Shown here in pieces: positions 38,848 through 49,700 of a stretch of 64,000 nt of DNA. This DNA is from a virus (taxonomy: Duplodnaviria > Caudoviricetes). How positions within the stretch are numbered: position 1 is the stretch's first letter; each line of letters opens with the position of its first letter. The DNA lies in the IMG/VR virus record IMGVR_UViG_3300011338_000371, positions 1-64,000 of that record; one strand, given 5' to 3'. The position numbers and the translations under genes were made by a program. The notes below the pieces were generated by a model, which was given only the letters and a program-made list of their open reading frames with translations, did not search any database and was not told the origin of the DNA.

Positions 38848-39228
38848 ATGAAAGAAAAAGAACTCTTTACAACAGTTAAGCCCGAAATAGTACTGGGACA
38901 GTTATTCCAGTCTAGGGACATCATTCACTTAGCTCACTTACAGACAACTTCGTTTAGTGAGCACAAAGCTTTAGACGGTTACTACTCAGAAGTAATTGGT
39001 CTATTAGATGATTTAGTAGAAGCATACTTCGGAACTATTGGAAAACGCCTAAACTTTAAGATTCCTGGATCAGAGTATATGAATGCTAAAGCCCATCTTA
39101 CTTACATGAAAGACTATGTAATGAAACATCGTAATGTATTCGGAAACGAAAACACTCACTTACAGAATATCGTAGATGAGATCATTGCTTTGATTACTTC
39201 TACTTTATACCAATTGACACTAAACTAA
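38848..39228 (+). CDS. Ferritin-like protein (DUF5856-type)
   Basis: HLAHLQTTSFSEHKALDGYY...DDLVEAYFG...LQNIVDEI four-helix pattern. Confidence 0.7.
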   Translation: MKEKELFTTVKPEIVLGQLFQSRDIIHLAHLQTTSFSEHKALDGYYSEVIGLLDDLVEAYFGTIGKRLNFKIPGSEYMNAKAHLTYMKDYVMKHRNVFGNENTHLQNIVDEIIALITSTLYQLTLN

Positions 39229-39229
39229 T

Positions 39230-39823
39230 ATGTCAGCATCTAATATACTTTGTATTTGCCAATTATGTAGTAAAGAGTTTACTACTAAAGCTGCGTGGTA
39301 TAGAAAAGGTGCAGGAAAATTTTGTTCCAAAGAGTGTGCTTATAAAGGAAAGGCTAAACCTAAAAACAAACATGTAGAACTCTTGTGTAAAAATTGCAAT
39401 AAAGTTTTTAGTGTAAAAAAATATAGAGAGCATACTGCAATTGCGTGTAGCAATGAGTGTAGAAGAGTATTGTGGGCAAAAACTTACGTAGGAGAACTTT
39501 CTCCTAACTGGAAAGGAGGACTTTCTGATGCTAGGACAATAGATAAGAGAACCAAAGAGTATAAAGAGTGGAGGCTGAAAGTTTATACTAGAGATAATTA
39601 TAGTTGTCAAAAGTGTAAAAATGCTAAAGGAAACAACTTACATGCTCACCACATAACTAACTACTCTAGCAATAAAGACTTGAGGTATTCAGTTGACAAT
39701 GGTATAACTCTTTGTAACGATTGTCACAATCCTTCAGTAAAAGGAAGTTTTCATAATATCTATGGAACAAAAAATAATACTAAGGAACAACTGATTGAAT
39801 TTTTAAATAATATAACTAAATGA
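39230..39823 (+). CDS. HNH endonuclease with Zn-ribbons
   Basis: CxxC...FCSxxC repeats, WRLKVYTRDNYSCQKC, LHAHHI...NGITLCNDCH. Visibly more A-rich than neighbours. Confidence 0.88.
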   Translation: MSASNILCICQLCSKEFTTKAAWYRKGAGKFCSKECAYKGKAKPKNKHVELLCKNCNKVFSVKKYREHTAIACSNECRRVLWAKTYVGELSPNWKGGLSDARTIDKRTKEYKEWRLKVYTRDNYSCQKCKNAKGNNLHAHHITNYSSNKDLRYSVDNGITLCNDCHNPSVKGSFHNIYGTKNNTKEQLIEFLNNITK

Positions 39824-40893
39824 AAAACAAATTAAAATCTGCCTACAAGTCTTGTATGTCTTGCGGAGGCAAAGTTCGTATGACTAGTGGAGGAAACTGG
39901 ATTAAAAAAGCAGTTTCTAAAAACCCAGGATCTTTTACAGCTCAAGCTAAGAAAGCTGGAATGTCTGTACCTGCTTTCCGTGATAAAGTACTAAGCAACA
40001 AAGAGGCTTACTCTTCTACTACAGTAAAGAGAGCTAACTTGGCTAAGACACTTGCAGGAATGCGTAAGGGAGAATACGGAATGTTGAATAGCACAGGAAC
40101 TAAGACTACAAAAAACCTTGCTGTTAAAAGTAATAAAGGACAAGGTAAAGAAATGCCTAAGATGTCTACTGTAAGATCTAAAGATAGTTACGGTATGCGT
40201 AAAGGAGCTGAGGGAATGGAGGTATCAAAGAGAGACCTTAAAGCAGGAAGAAAAGAAGTAATGGGTATTGAGTCTAAAGGACTTCCTACTAACTCTGTAA
40301 ACCTTACTACTCCTACTCCTATCGAAAGTCCTGCAAACTGGTATAATGAGTCTGTTTGGGATAAAGCACAAGCAGAGAATGCTGTTCGTCCTGCAGCTAA
40401 TACTCCTGTATCTTCTAGTAATCCAAGTGTTAAAGGAGGTTCTGAAAAAGTAAGAGCATACCAAGAGATGCTTCGCAGCAAAGGTTATGATATTGCAGCT
40501 GATGGTGCTTGGGGTCCTAAAACACAAAAAGCATACGAGGATTACATAAATAGATCTAAGACTAAAGTTGCTAATACTACTACTGGTCCTATGGTAGGTC
40601 CTACTAAAGCAAATAAGATGGATTACACCAAACAAACTTCTTATAACTTTAATGCTCCGGGATCTAAAGTTCCTATGACTACTGCTAGTAACCTTATGAA
40701 GACTCCTATAAACCCTTATCAGGTTTCAAAAGTAGCTGAACCTGCAGGTGTTACAAATGCTTTCAACAACCTAAGCAAATACAAAAAAGGAGTTCCTGCA
40801 GCTAAGGCTACCAACAAAATGGGCCCTAACGAAACATTAGTACGTAGAAAGTTGGCTAATTTCCAAAAAGGTAAGTCTATTTACGGAGGTTAA
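39820..40893 (+). CDS. Basic core/cargo protein with peptidoglycan-binding domain
   Basis: NWIKKAVSKNPGSF...KRANLAKTL basic module and VRAYQEMLRSKGY...DGAWGPKTQKA (PG_binding_1-like, ~40438-40545). Confidence 0.65.
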   Translation: MKNKLKSAYKSCMSCGGKVRMTSGGNWIKKAVSKNPGSFTAQAKKAGMSVPAFRDKVLSNKEAYSSTTVKRANLAKTLAGMRKGEYGMLNSTGTKTTKNLAVKSNKGQGKEMPKMSTVRSKDSYGMRKGAEGMEVSKRDLKAGRKEVMGIESKGLPTNSVNLTTPTPIESPANWYNESVWDKAQAENAVRPAANTPVSSSNPSVKGGSEKVRAYQEMLRSKGYDIAADGAWGPKTQKAYEDYINRSKTKVANTTTGPMVGPTKANKMDYTKQTSYNFNAPGSKVPMTTASNLMKTPINPYQVSKVAEPAGVTNAFNNLSKYKKGVPAAKATNKMGPNETLVRRKLANFQKGKSIYGG

Positions 40894-40895
40894 TC

Positions 40896-41744
40896 ATGTT
40901 TGTTCCAGGAGTAAATGGTTCAGTAATTCCTAGTGCACCCTCAGGTTCAAAACTTAAGGGTGCATATAAGAATTCTAAGAAACGTAAGATGCCTAATGGA
41001 GGAAGTATTGATATTGTGTCTACTATTAAAGAATTAGATCCAAACTTTAACAAACCCAAAAATCAAGTCAGTCCTTTACTTAAAGAAGCGCTTTCTAGTG
41101 CTGATCAAGCAACAGATATGCTGCAACTTGGACACTTTAGTACTTTACCATGGGCACAAGGTGCTGCACTCATAGGTGACATTGCAGGCATTGGAGTAGA
41201 TCTTGCTCAATCGGGAATAGCAAACTATGAAGGCAATAATGTAAATGCTGTTGGGAATCTAGCTATGGCTAGTGCTCCTGCCATTGTAGGAAGCCAAGGT
41301 TATACTAGATCACGTTCTATGGTCAATAATGCTGCACCTGGAAGATACAGACCTACTTCAGCATTGACTCCTGCACATGCTGCAAATCCTGTAATTGCAA
41401 AAGGACTTGCGTGGAACAAAGCTGCTCTTGCAGCTAATGTAGCAGAAATTGCGTCAAATACAAATTCTAGAACTTATGCTACCCAAAGAGTTCCTCAAAG
41501 AGATAATGCCCAAGTACAGTTTAGACCTAATCCTAACCTGCGTAGAATGGAAGAAGGCGGGGAAGTAGAAGACGAGAGAGATGACGATAAAGAAATGGTA
41601 GAGGGTGTAGCAAGTATTCTTAGAGGAGTAAAAGACAAAAAGAATAGATTGCAGTTAGCTAACAAATTAGCTAAGCAGTTTAACAGAGAAAAAGTAGAGT
41701 ATAACCTAGCTGACTTCTTAAAAAAATCTAAAGTAAAGAAATGA
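40896..41744 (+). CDS. Putative core/cargo protein
   Basis: Conserved-looking termini (MFVPGVNG...; MVEGVASILRGVKD) around a variable Ala-rich centre. Confidence 0.6.
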   Translation: MFVPGVNGSVIPSAPSGSKLKGAYKNSKKRKMPNGGSIDIVSTIKELDPNFNKPKNQVSPLLKEALSSADQATDMLQLGHFSTLPWAQGAALIGDIAGIGVDLAQSGIANYEGNNVNAVGNLAMASAPAIVGSQGYTRSRSMVNNAAPGRYRPTSALTPAHAANPVIAKGLAWNKAALAANVAEIASNTNSRTYATQRVPQRDNAQVQFRPNPNLRRMEEGGEVEDERDDDKEMVEGVASILRGVKDKKNRLQLANKLAKQFNREKVEYNLADFLKKSKVKK

Positions 41745-42313
41745 AAAAAATGATAAAACGTAAAGATGGATCTTACTCTCAACAGGGACTTTGGGACAAT
41801 ATCCGTAAGAATAGGGGTTCTGGAAAGAAGCCCACTGCTCAGATGCTTAAGCAAGAACGTAAGATTAAAGCTAAGATGGCTGACGGGGGTAAGATGCCTA
41901 CCTCAGTTGCTAAGGCAAGATTTGTAGCTGCTAACAAAGGTAATATACAAGAAGCTAGACAAGATGCTTCTAAGTACGGTTACAAGTTTATGGCAGGTGG
42001 CAGACTTAAAGCTGCTTACATGGCTAAAGGAGGAACTATTGCTAAGACTACTAAAGGTCCAGGAGCAAACTATCGTCCTACTAAATCAGGAGCAGGTATG
42101 ACTCAGAAAGGAGTAATGGCCTATCGTAGAGCAAACCCTGGTTCTAAGTTAAGCACAGCTGTTACAGGCAAAGTTAAAGCAGGCAGCAAAGCAGCTAATC
42201 GTAGAAAGTCTTATTGTGCTCGTTCATTAGGTCAATTACGTAGATCCTCACAGGCTACACAGAATGATCCTAACAGCAGAATCAGACAAGCACGTAGGCG
42301 TTGGAAGTGCTAA
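41741..42313 (+). CDS. Highly basic modular protein with DUF6321-like domain
   Basis: KRKDGSYS..GLWDNIR module and GAGMTQKGV.AYRRANPGSKL...RRKSYCARS...ARRRWKC. Confidence 0.7.
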   Translation: MKKMIKRKDGSYSQQGLWDNIRKNRGSGKKPTAQMLKQERKIKAKMADGGKMPTSVAKARFVAANKGNIQEARQDASKYGYKFMAGGRLKAAYMAKGGTIAKTTKGPGANYRPTKSGAGMTQKGVMAYRRANPGSKLSTAVTGKVKAGSKAANRRKSYCARSLGQLRRSSQATQNDPNSRIRQARRRWKC

Positions 42314-42347
42314 ACACTAAATAAACTAAAAAACTAAAACTAAATAC

Positions 42348-42509
42348 ATGGCAGCTAAAGCATCTAAATCAAAATCAACCGCATCTTCATCTTCAAAGTT
42401 TAAAGTTAAACCTAAAGTAAGAAGAAAGGGAGTAGTAGCAAAGACTAAAGCTTCAAAGTTAAAGTCTAGCAAACATTACAAAAAACGAGATAGAGGACAA
42501 GGGAGTTAA
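42348..42509 (+). CDS. 53-aa K/S-rich histone-like protein (not in ORF track)
   Basis: Hand translation MAAKASKSKSTASSSSKFKVKPKVRRKGVVAKTKASKLKSSKHYKKRDRGQGS*, A-rich leader. Confidence 0.7.
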   Translation: MAAKASKSKSTASSSSKFKVKPKVRRKGVVAKTKASKLKSSKHYKKRDRGQGS

Positions 42510-42528
42510 TTCTCCCTTGCTTTTTTTT
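42498..42528 (+). terminator. Terminator overlapping the stop codon
   Basis: CAAGGGAG-TTAATT-CTCCCTTG-CTTTTTTT. Confidence 0.7.
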
Positions 42529-42538
42529 ATTAATCTCG

Positions 42539-42546
42539 TATATTTG
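42539..42546 (+). promoter_or_regulatory. Bacteroidota -7 element
   Basis: TATATTTG upstream of ATG 42610. Confidence 0.6.
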
Positions 42547-42609
42547 TATAACTAGCTTATTCTCAAGCAGTTATTAACTTTTTATGTTAATAACATAAAT
42601 AATTAAAAC

Positions 42610-44979
42610 ATGTTAAGAAACAGACTTTTTAAAAGATTCGCTAAGGATGGTATGTCAGAACCTGTAGACAAGTTGTCTAATGCAGGTTTAGATCCTATCC
42701 AGCAGTATCCAACTATTGAGGAGATAGCTAGTAAACTAAAGCCTATTACTCCTGATATGATGGGAGTAGGTACTCCTAAAACAAAAAAGGGATACGAAAA
42801 AAAGTTCGGAAAATTAAATATTTCTCCTGAAAGTTTTGAATCAGACTCTATATCTCCTATTCAAGAAAAGGGTTCTATTGGAGAGAGTATGTCAAATGAC
42901 ATGCTTACCCAAGAGGATATGCTTACTATAGGTGAGTACCAAACAACTACTCCTACTAGTATCCAAAAAGCACAGCAAATAAGCGAAGAAGTTGCTTCTC
43001 AGTACAATCCACAGAAACAATTTAAGTTTCCTAAACTAGGTAAAGGTATTGGAGATGCTGCTACTCTAGGACTTTATGGAGTAGATGCAGCTCTTACGTA
43101 TAATCAAGATTTAGAAAACCAACGTAAGTTTAACGAATCAATTCAACAAAGAAACTCTAAGCCTGAGTACTCCTACAATTTTATGTATGGTCCTACTACA
43201 AGTGGTGGTACAGAGTTTCAACCTACAATTAAAGCCGAAATGGGTGCAAAAATAAACAAGCGTTATGCTAGTGAAGGCATGAACGATGTAGAAATTGAAG
43301 GTGGAGAATATATCCAACTTCCTAACTTAGATACTGAATTAGCAGAAGGACCTTCTCATGCTAATGGAGGTATTCCTACAAATCTTCCTGACCAAACTCG
43401 TGTCTATTCTAATAATTTAAAGCCAGAAGGTTCTAAGAAAACTTTTGCTCAGATTGCTAAGAACTACGACATTACTCCATATAAGAAGACCTTAGAGAAT
43501 CCTTTTGCTAAACAAGTAGATAAGGATACTGCAGGCTTAATGATGCAGCGTAATCAAAAGATACTTGACGAATTGTTTAGAGACCAACAGTTAATGAATG
43601 GTAACTCTAATGGAGAGATGGAAGCAAAGAATGGAGCTAGTATTAATAACCCAGGATTTGAAGCTCTTCCTGGTTACGTACAGGCTAAGATTACTGCTAA
43701 TATGAAAGATGGGGGTAAAAAGAATCCTCAACCAGATATTACAAGCCTTCCCCCAGAAATTCGTAGTTATGCTAAGTGGGACCCTACCTTTAAGAAAGAG
43801 GATGGTACACTTGGTGTTTACAGACTAGAGGTTCCATCTAACTTAGACTTTGATGCTAAGACTAACATTGCAAAGGCAGCAGAAAGTTACGGTATTAAAA
43901 ATTTAGTACAGACATCTAACCAAAGAATTACAGGTTCTCCTAATGTTAAAGGATTTTATGCTGGATTGTCTCCACAAGACTTTGAACAGAAGATTGTAAG
44001 AGAGAGACTAGGTAAAGAAGAAGCAGGTAAATTAAACGAATTAGATACTCGTAAGAAAGCATTTGAAATCTTAGGAGTAGATTCCGGTAGTTATGATATA
44101 AATGATCCTACCAAGCTTTACAATGATGACTACTTCAGGGAAAGTGTATTCTACCCTAAGTTCCAAAAGTATTTACCTGAAGGTCAATTTAGGCCTGTAA
44201 AAGGAAATGATAAAAGTTTTGGATTTGAGCACTTAGATGCAAAACCTATTACTCCAGAAAAACCACAAACTCCAGAAGGAGGTACGGATAATCCTGTGGA
44301 AGGAACAAAGATCAATGATGCAAGAGAGACTGTTAAGGGTAAATACACCCCAGGACAATTTCCTTTGTATCAAGCTATTCCTGAAGCTATGGGACTTGCT
44401 CAAGCACAAGAAATCTATCCTTATGCTATTCCTGAGATAGATGCTCCTTATGTCCGTCCTCAGACTTTGAATATTCAGAGTGAACTTCAAGACATAGATA
44501 ATATGGGTATAGCTGCTATTAGAAGTGGCGCTGATCCTAATATGGCTTATATTGCGGGCTTGGATGCTAAGCAAAAAGCTTTCCAGTCTAAACAAAACTA
44601 CGATGCTCAAGCACGTTCTCAGGCAGATATGACCAATGCACAAGCAACAATGAATGCGGATCAATTTAATGCTCAGGCTTTTGATCGTGTTTATAATAAC
44701 TTAGTAGGTCAAGCAAGAGATGCTCAGTCTGCAGAAAAACAAGCAGCTGTTGCAAGTTTAGTAGATAAAAAAGCTAAATTTGTACAAGACGAGAATCTTA
44801 AAGCTATGGGTATCCCTATTGTTGCACCTGGATTCAATATTACTTCAGAGGGTCAAATGACTCTTCCTGAAAATATGAAAGCCGCTTTTGATTATTATAA
44901 TTACATGAAGGCACAAGAGGATCAGTCAAATCCAAAGGCTACGGCTAAAAAAGGAATGTACAAAAAATCTAAATATTAA
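42610..44979 (+). CDS. Cargo/ejection protein (crAss cargo protein 1-like)
   Basis: DVEIEGGEYI...GPSHANGGI...RVYSNNL motif and Q/A-rich helical C-terminus, upstream of the vRNAP. Confidence 0.65.
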   Translation: MLRNRLFKRFAKDGMSEPVDKLSNAGLDPIQQYPTIEEIASKLKPITPDMMGVGTPKTKKGYEKKFGKLNISPESFESDSISPIQEKGSIGESMSNDMLTQEDMLTIGEYQTTTPTSIQKAQQISEEVASQYNPQKQFKFPKLGKGIGDAATLGLYGVDAALTYNQDLENQRKFNESIQQRNSKPEYSYNFMYGPTTSGGTEFQPTIKAEMGAKINKRYASEGMNDVEIEGGEYIQLPNLDTELAEGPSHANGGIPTNLPDQTRVYSNNLKPEGSKKTFAQIAKNYDITPYKKTLENPFAKQVDKDTAGLMMQRNQKILDELFRDQQLMNGNSNGEMEAKNGASINNPGFEALPGYVQAKITANMKDGGKKNPQPDITSLPPEIRSYAKWDPTFKKEDGTLGVYRLEVPSNLDFDAKTNIAKAAESYGIKNLVQTSNQRITGSPNVKGFYAGLSPQDFEQKIVRERLGKEEAGKLNELDTRKKAFEILGVDSGSYDINDPTKLYNDDYFRESVFYPKFQKYLPEGQFRPVKGNDKSFGFEHLDAKPITPEKPQTPEGGTDNPVEGTKINDARETVKGKYTPGQFPLYQAIPEAMGLAQAQEIYPYAIPEIDAPYVRPQTLNIQSELQDIDNMGIAAIRSGADPNMAYIAGLDAKQKAFQSKQNYDAQARSQADMTNAQATMNADQFNAQAFDRVYNNLVGQARDAQSAEKQAAVASLVDKKAKFVQDENLKAMGIPIVAPGFNITSEGQMTLPENMKAAFDYYNYMKAQEDQSNPKATAKKGMYKKSKY

Positions 44980-44982
44980 ACC

Positions 44983-46695
44983 ATGCCAATTTCAGCACAA
45001 CATACTAAGTTTGAATACCCTGATTACATTTCTCCCTTACCAGCAGACGAGTTAATTAAGTTTGCTTCTAAGAAGCAAGAAATGTATGATGAGGGAGTAG
45101 CTAAAGTACAACAGAATATAGACTCTTATCATAGTCTCAGAAGTTCTATTCTTACTGATGTAGAGAAAGAATACTTTGATAAGTCTATGGGTAATCTAGT
45201 TAAGGCTATTAGTAATAGTGCTGGACTTGACTTCTCAAACAAAGCAAACGTACAAGCAGTACTTAACATTGGTAAACCTCTAGAAAGAGACACTAATATA
45301 ACAACTGCTATCTCTAATGGTAAAGAAGTAGCACGTAGACAAGAACAGTTGTCTAAGATGAAGCCAGGAGAACGTAGTGTAGTTAACGACTTCTACTATA
45401 TGAAAGACGTTAATGACTACATGCAAAGTGGTAAGTTGGGACAGAAGATTGGTTATGGTAAAGAGTATACTCCTTATGTAGATCTTTCTAAAGATTGGAT
45501 GGAGTTTATGAAGACTCAAAAACCTAATCAAGATGAGTCGTTTAATATGCGTTCTGCTATGGGACCTGCTTACATTGAAAAGGTAACAGTAGAAGGATAT
45601 AATACAACTGACCTAGCTAATAAGTTTAAGGCATTTATTGCTACTGATCCAAATAAATTGCGTCAGTTTCAGATGGATGCAGGTTACAGTTTAGAGCAAG
45701 TAGGAAAAGATAATGCTTATCAAGGTTATGTAGAAGATATGCAAACTAAGGCAGCTACAGCAGGAGAAAATGCTAGAATGTTTAGGGAGGAAGCAGCTAG
45801 ATTAGAAAGAGCATATAACACTACTGGATCAGCTACAGTTAAATCTCAGTTAGAGCAGGCTAAACAAAAAGCAACTTACTACGAACAATCTAGATTACTT
45901 GCTGAACAGAAAGCATCTACTACACTAGAGGATTTTGACTTAGGGGAGTACATGGAAATCTACCAAGATAAGTTTGCTACCAACATGGGTAACATGTACG
46001 CTAGTCAAAAGGTAAGTAGAGATCTTATCAGCAACGAGTACTGGAAGGAAGCTAGAGCAGATGCTAGACAGATGCAAAAGATTAACGCTGACAGAAAGAC
46101 TGCAATTGATATTAATAACTTAAACCAAAAAATAGATTTTCAAGTTGATACTTCCGTAATTAAACCTTTGTTACAGAATGCTAAAGGAATTCAAGATGCT
46201 ATTTCTTATATGGGCAAGATGGCGGAAGCATCAGGAGATGGAGGAACAGCAAATAACATGAAGAATGTAACTCAAGACATGGCTTTAGCTTTTACTAATA
46301 CTGGACCTAAACAGTTGTTTTACTTAGAACAAGCTATATCGAGACTTCAAGATACAAAAATTCCTTTTAAATACAAACAAGCTTTAGTAGATTTATTTAC
46401 AGAAGGAAGAAACGATATAGACTTTACAACTCTTAGGGCTAGAATGATGAAAGATTTAAATAGTATTCGTACTAAAATATCTACAGTAAAAGGAGATGAC
46501 ATTTATTTACCTGCGGGAACAGGAGGTAATCTTAGTCAAACTTTAGGAGGAATGAGTTCATTTAACTTCGTTACTAATGCAAAAGACTTAGAAGGTTTTT
46601 ATGTAGGGGCTCCTGATATAAGTATATCTGCTAAAGATGATGCCACTGGAATTACAAAGACTACTAAGTATAGTTCTGACATAGATAAAAAGTAA
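44983..46695 (+). CDS. Cargo/ejection protein
   Basis: YISPLPADELIKFASKKQEMYD N-terminus, coiled coil, synteny. Confidence 0.6.
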   Translation: MPISAQHTKFEYPDYISPLPADELIKFASKKQEMYDEGVAKVQQNIDSYHSLRSSILTDVEKEYFDKSMGNLVKAISNSAGLDFSNKANVQAVLNIGKPLERDTNITTAISNGKEVARRQEQLSKMKPGERSVVNDFYYMKDVNDYMQSGKLGQKIGYGKEYTPYVDLSKDWMEFMKTQKPNQDESFNMRSAMGPAYIEKVTVEGYNTTDLANKFKAFIATDPNKLRQFQMDAGYSLEQVGKDNAYQGYVEDMQTKAATAGENARMFREEAARLERAYNTTGSATVKSQLEQAKQKATYYEQSRLLAEQKASTTLEDFDLGEYMEIYQDKFATNMGNMYASQKVSRDLISNEYWKEARADARQMQKINADRKTAIDINNLNQKIDFQVDTSVIKPLLQNAKGIQDAISYMGKMAEASGDGGTANNMKNVTQDMALAFTNTGPKQLFYLEQAISRLQDTKIPFKYKQALVDLFTEGRNDIDFTTLRARMMKDLNSIRTKISTVKGDDIYLPAGTGGNLSQTLGGMSSFNFVTNAKDLEGFYVGAPDISISAKDDATGITKTTKYSSDIDKK

Positions 46696-46715
46696 CTGTA
46701 CATTTTATAATTACC

Positions 46716-46723
46716 TATATTTG
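46716..46723 (+). promoter_or_regulatory. Bacteroidota -7 element
   Basis: TATATTTG upstream of ATG 46751. Confidence 0.6.
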
Positions 46724-46750
46724 TTTATACAATATTTAAATAACTATTAA

Positions 46751-49700
46751 ATGCCACAAAATCCTATAATTGAATCCCTTAAAAAAGAAGGGTTATATCC
46801 TACTAGTCAACCAACTTCCTCGCCTATTAGAGAATTATTAGGTTCTTCTGCTCAAGCAGTAGCAAGAGCTAGGCAAGCTGCAGCTCCTTTTCAAGCACAG
46901 TTGACTATTGGTAAGGGGGTAGAAAGTATTTTGGAGGGAGATATAAAAGCTAACGCAGCAGACATAAACTCTTCCTATAGAAACATTACAGGAGACTCAG
47001 GTGCTTATGCTATACCTAACCTAGAACTTGACTTAGATACTAAAAATGAGTTGAAGGAATCTGCTAATGTATTTAATAGAATACTTAGAGAAGGTACAGT
47101 AGAGGAAAGTCAAAAAGCTTTAAAGGAACTAAGAGATAAGTTTAATCGCATATCAGACTCTAGTTTAAGTACTAAAGAAAAAGACGCACTTAGAAAATCC
47201 TATACCGAATTAGTAGATAGAGTTGGTCAAATTAATACTTACAAAGCTGCTAAGAAAGAAGCAGATTCGTTTTTCTCTGAAAACTCATTGGAGGAAAGAG
47301 AGAGGATGTTAGCTAACCCTAATCCTAACCAAAGACTTTCTCTAAGTATTAAATCTAAACAAACTAGAAACGCTGACATTCTTAATAACCTAGCTGATTT
47401 TGAATCTAATAAAGTAGGTTCAAGATTATATAATGAAGAAGATCTAGCAACTTTTAAATCTACTTATGTAAAGACTGATGATGATCTATACGCTGGTATG
47501 GAGATGCAATACAACTACGCAATGAAAAATGCGGTAGATGAAAAAGTAGCAAACTATCAGAAACAAATTTCAGACCTTGATGCACAAATCAAACAGTCTG
47601 TAAATCAAGAAGAGAAGAACGCCTTAGCTTTACAAAAAGCAAACGTAAGTAAAGAACTTAACTACTCTAAAAACTTAAGTAACAAACTAAAGCCATATAC
47701 TATAGAGGATAACTACTTAAAACAGTTTTATCCAGAGCAGTATACTCGTAAGAAGGAAAGAGAGAAGCAGGAAGTATACAGAAATGAAATGTGGGCTCAA
47801 GGAGATCAAGGTTCTGTAGGAGAAACTCTCTATAGGTCAGGTCAGCAAATTAAATCTAATTTCCTTAAGCAGGTATCAGGACTAGCTTACCTTGCTGGTG
47901 CCAACGAGCTAGGTTATCGTATTAAGTCAGGTGCAGAGTATGCAGCTCCTCCAACATATTTTGTAGGTAAAGACTTAAACAAAAACAACAAGATTGATGA
48001 CTCTGAGATTACTCGTGACATTCACGGTAACAGGGTAACTATGAGTCAGGTAAGTTGGACAGATAAAAATGGAAAGAAGACCTGGAACTTATGGTCTCCA
48101 GTAGAACAAACACTTCCTATCCTAACAGATGTACTTTTGACTGTTGCAATCTCTAAAGGATTAGGAGCTGCTGGAAGAGGTGCAGGATGGACATATGGAA
48201 AAATAGGAACAGCTGCTGGATTAAGTGAGGCAGGTACAGCTAGCTTTGTAAAGAACTGGGCACCAAGAATCTCAACTATGGGAATAACTTCTGCAACTAC
48301 TTTTCCTAGATTCTACGCAGAAGAACGTTCTAATTTTAAAAATGGAGATGCTGCATTTAAAGTAGCATTGATGAGGGCAGGAGTAGAAGGTCTTACAGAA
48401 TCTCTTGTACCTGACGTTAAGTTATTTGACGGTAAGATTGCTTATGGTGCATTGGATGGAGCTTTTGCTAAACTAGGTAAACTAGATCCTGCAAGTTTAA
48501 GTCGTTTAACTACTCAAAGAGACCTACTTTTAGGACTGTTACCTAAGGGAGCATTGAGTCCTACTAAGGCAGCTATGTTGATGGCCCCTGCTGCAATACG
48601 CAGAACTTTGTCAGGAGCATCTCAGGAGTCTATAGAAGAAATAGGTTCACTTGTAGGAAATTACTTTGTAGATAAGTATGCTTCTTCTCAGAACTTTGAG
48701 GTAGAAGAAACTAATCAAATTACTTGGGACTCTTTCTGGGACACAGTCGTAGAAGGGTTTATTCCTTCTTTGTTCATATCAGCTGGAAGTACCTATAAAG
48801 CTAAGGATTTATTAAGAAAAGAGAGACTTGATCAAGCAAGGTGGAATGTTGCAAACAACCCTGAAAAGTACAAACAGCTTATTGCTAACAAAGTACAATC
48901 AAATAAGTTAACTAAAGAAGAAGGATTAAAGCAAACAGCCGCAGTAGACAATTTATCTAGAAGACTGGATTCTATTCCTGAAATGAAGAATATTAAGAAT
49001 CTAACAAACCTATTAGATGACAAAGAACTTCAGTTTAGCCATTTTAATAATAAGTTGTTTCAAGAGGACTTGTTGAATGTAGATACCACTCAATTGTCTC
49101 CAGAACAATTAAAAGAATACGAAGACTCTTTAGCTAAGACTAGCAAAGAGATTCTTACTACAAAGAAACTTGCTGACAAATATGCTGGCTTAGAGGAAAC
49201 AGATAAAAAAGCAATTATCTCTAAGTTGTTTGATAGTCAAGCAAAAGCAGCAATAAGTCCTGAAACCAGACTTACATCTTTGTTGGGTATAGCAGAACAA
49301 ACAAGACAATCTTTATTGAGTGTACCTGTAGGGGATGAGAGATACGAGTTTGTAAATGAGCAATATAAGAAGTTTCAATCTGCAGTTGATGCAAACATTG
49401 TAGAAAGAGTAAACACTTTTAGAAGTACCCTAGAGACTAATCCAGAACAACTTACCTCTTTAGAGTTAGCATTAGCAAGAGATACCTTTATGCCTGCTCT
49501 TGATAGAATTCAAGGTATTGATGCTAAGTTTGAATTGCAGAACGCTCCATTAGTTGCTGAACAAGTTCAAGGACCTAAGACCTACGATGAATCTGTTCCT
49601 CAGCTTATTAGGTCTATCCAAGAGGAGTTGGAGACAAGAATGCAATTAACAGGGGATGAGTTCCAAAGTGAAGTACCTAAGAACTTAAGAAATCCTGAAA

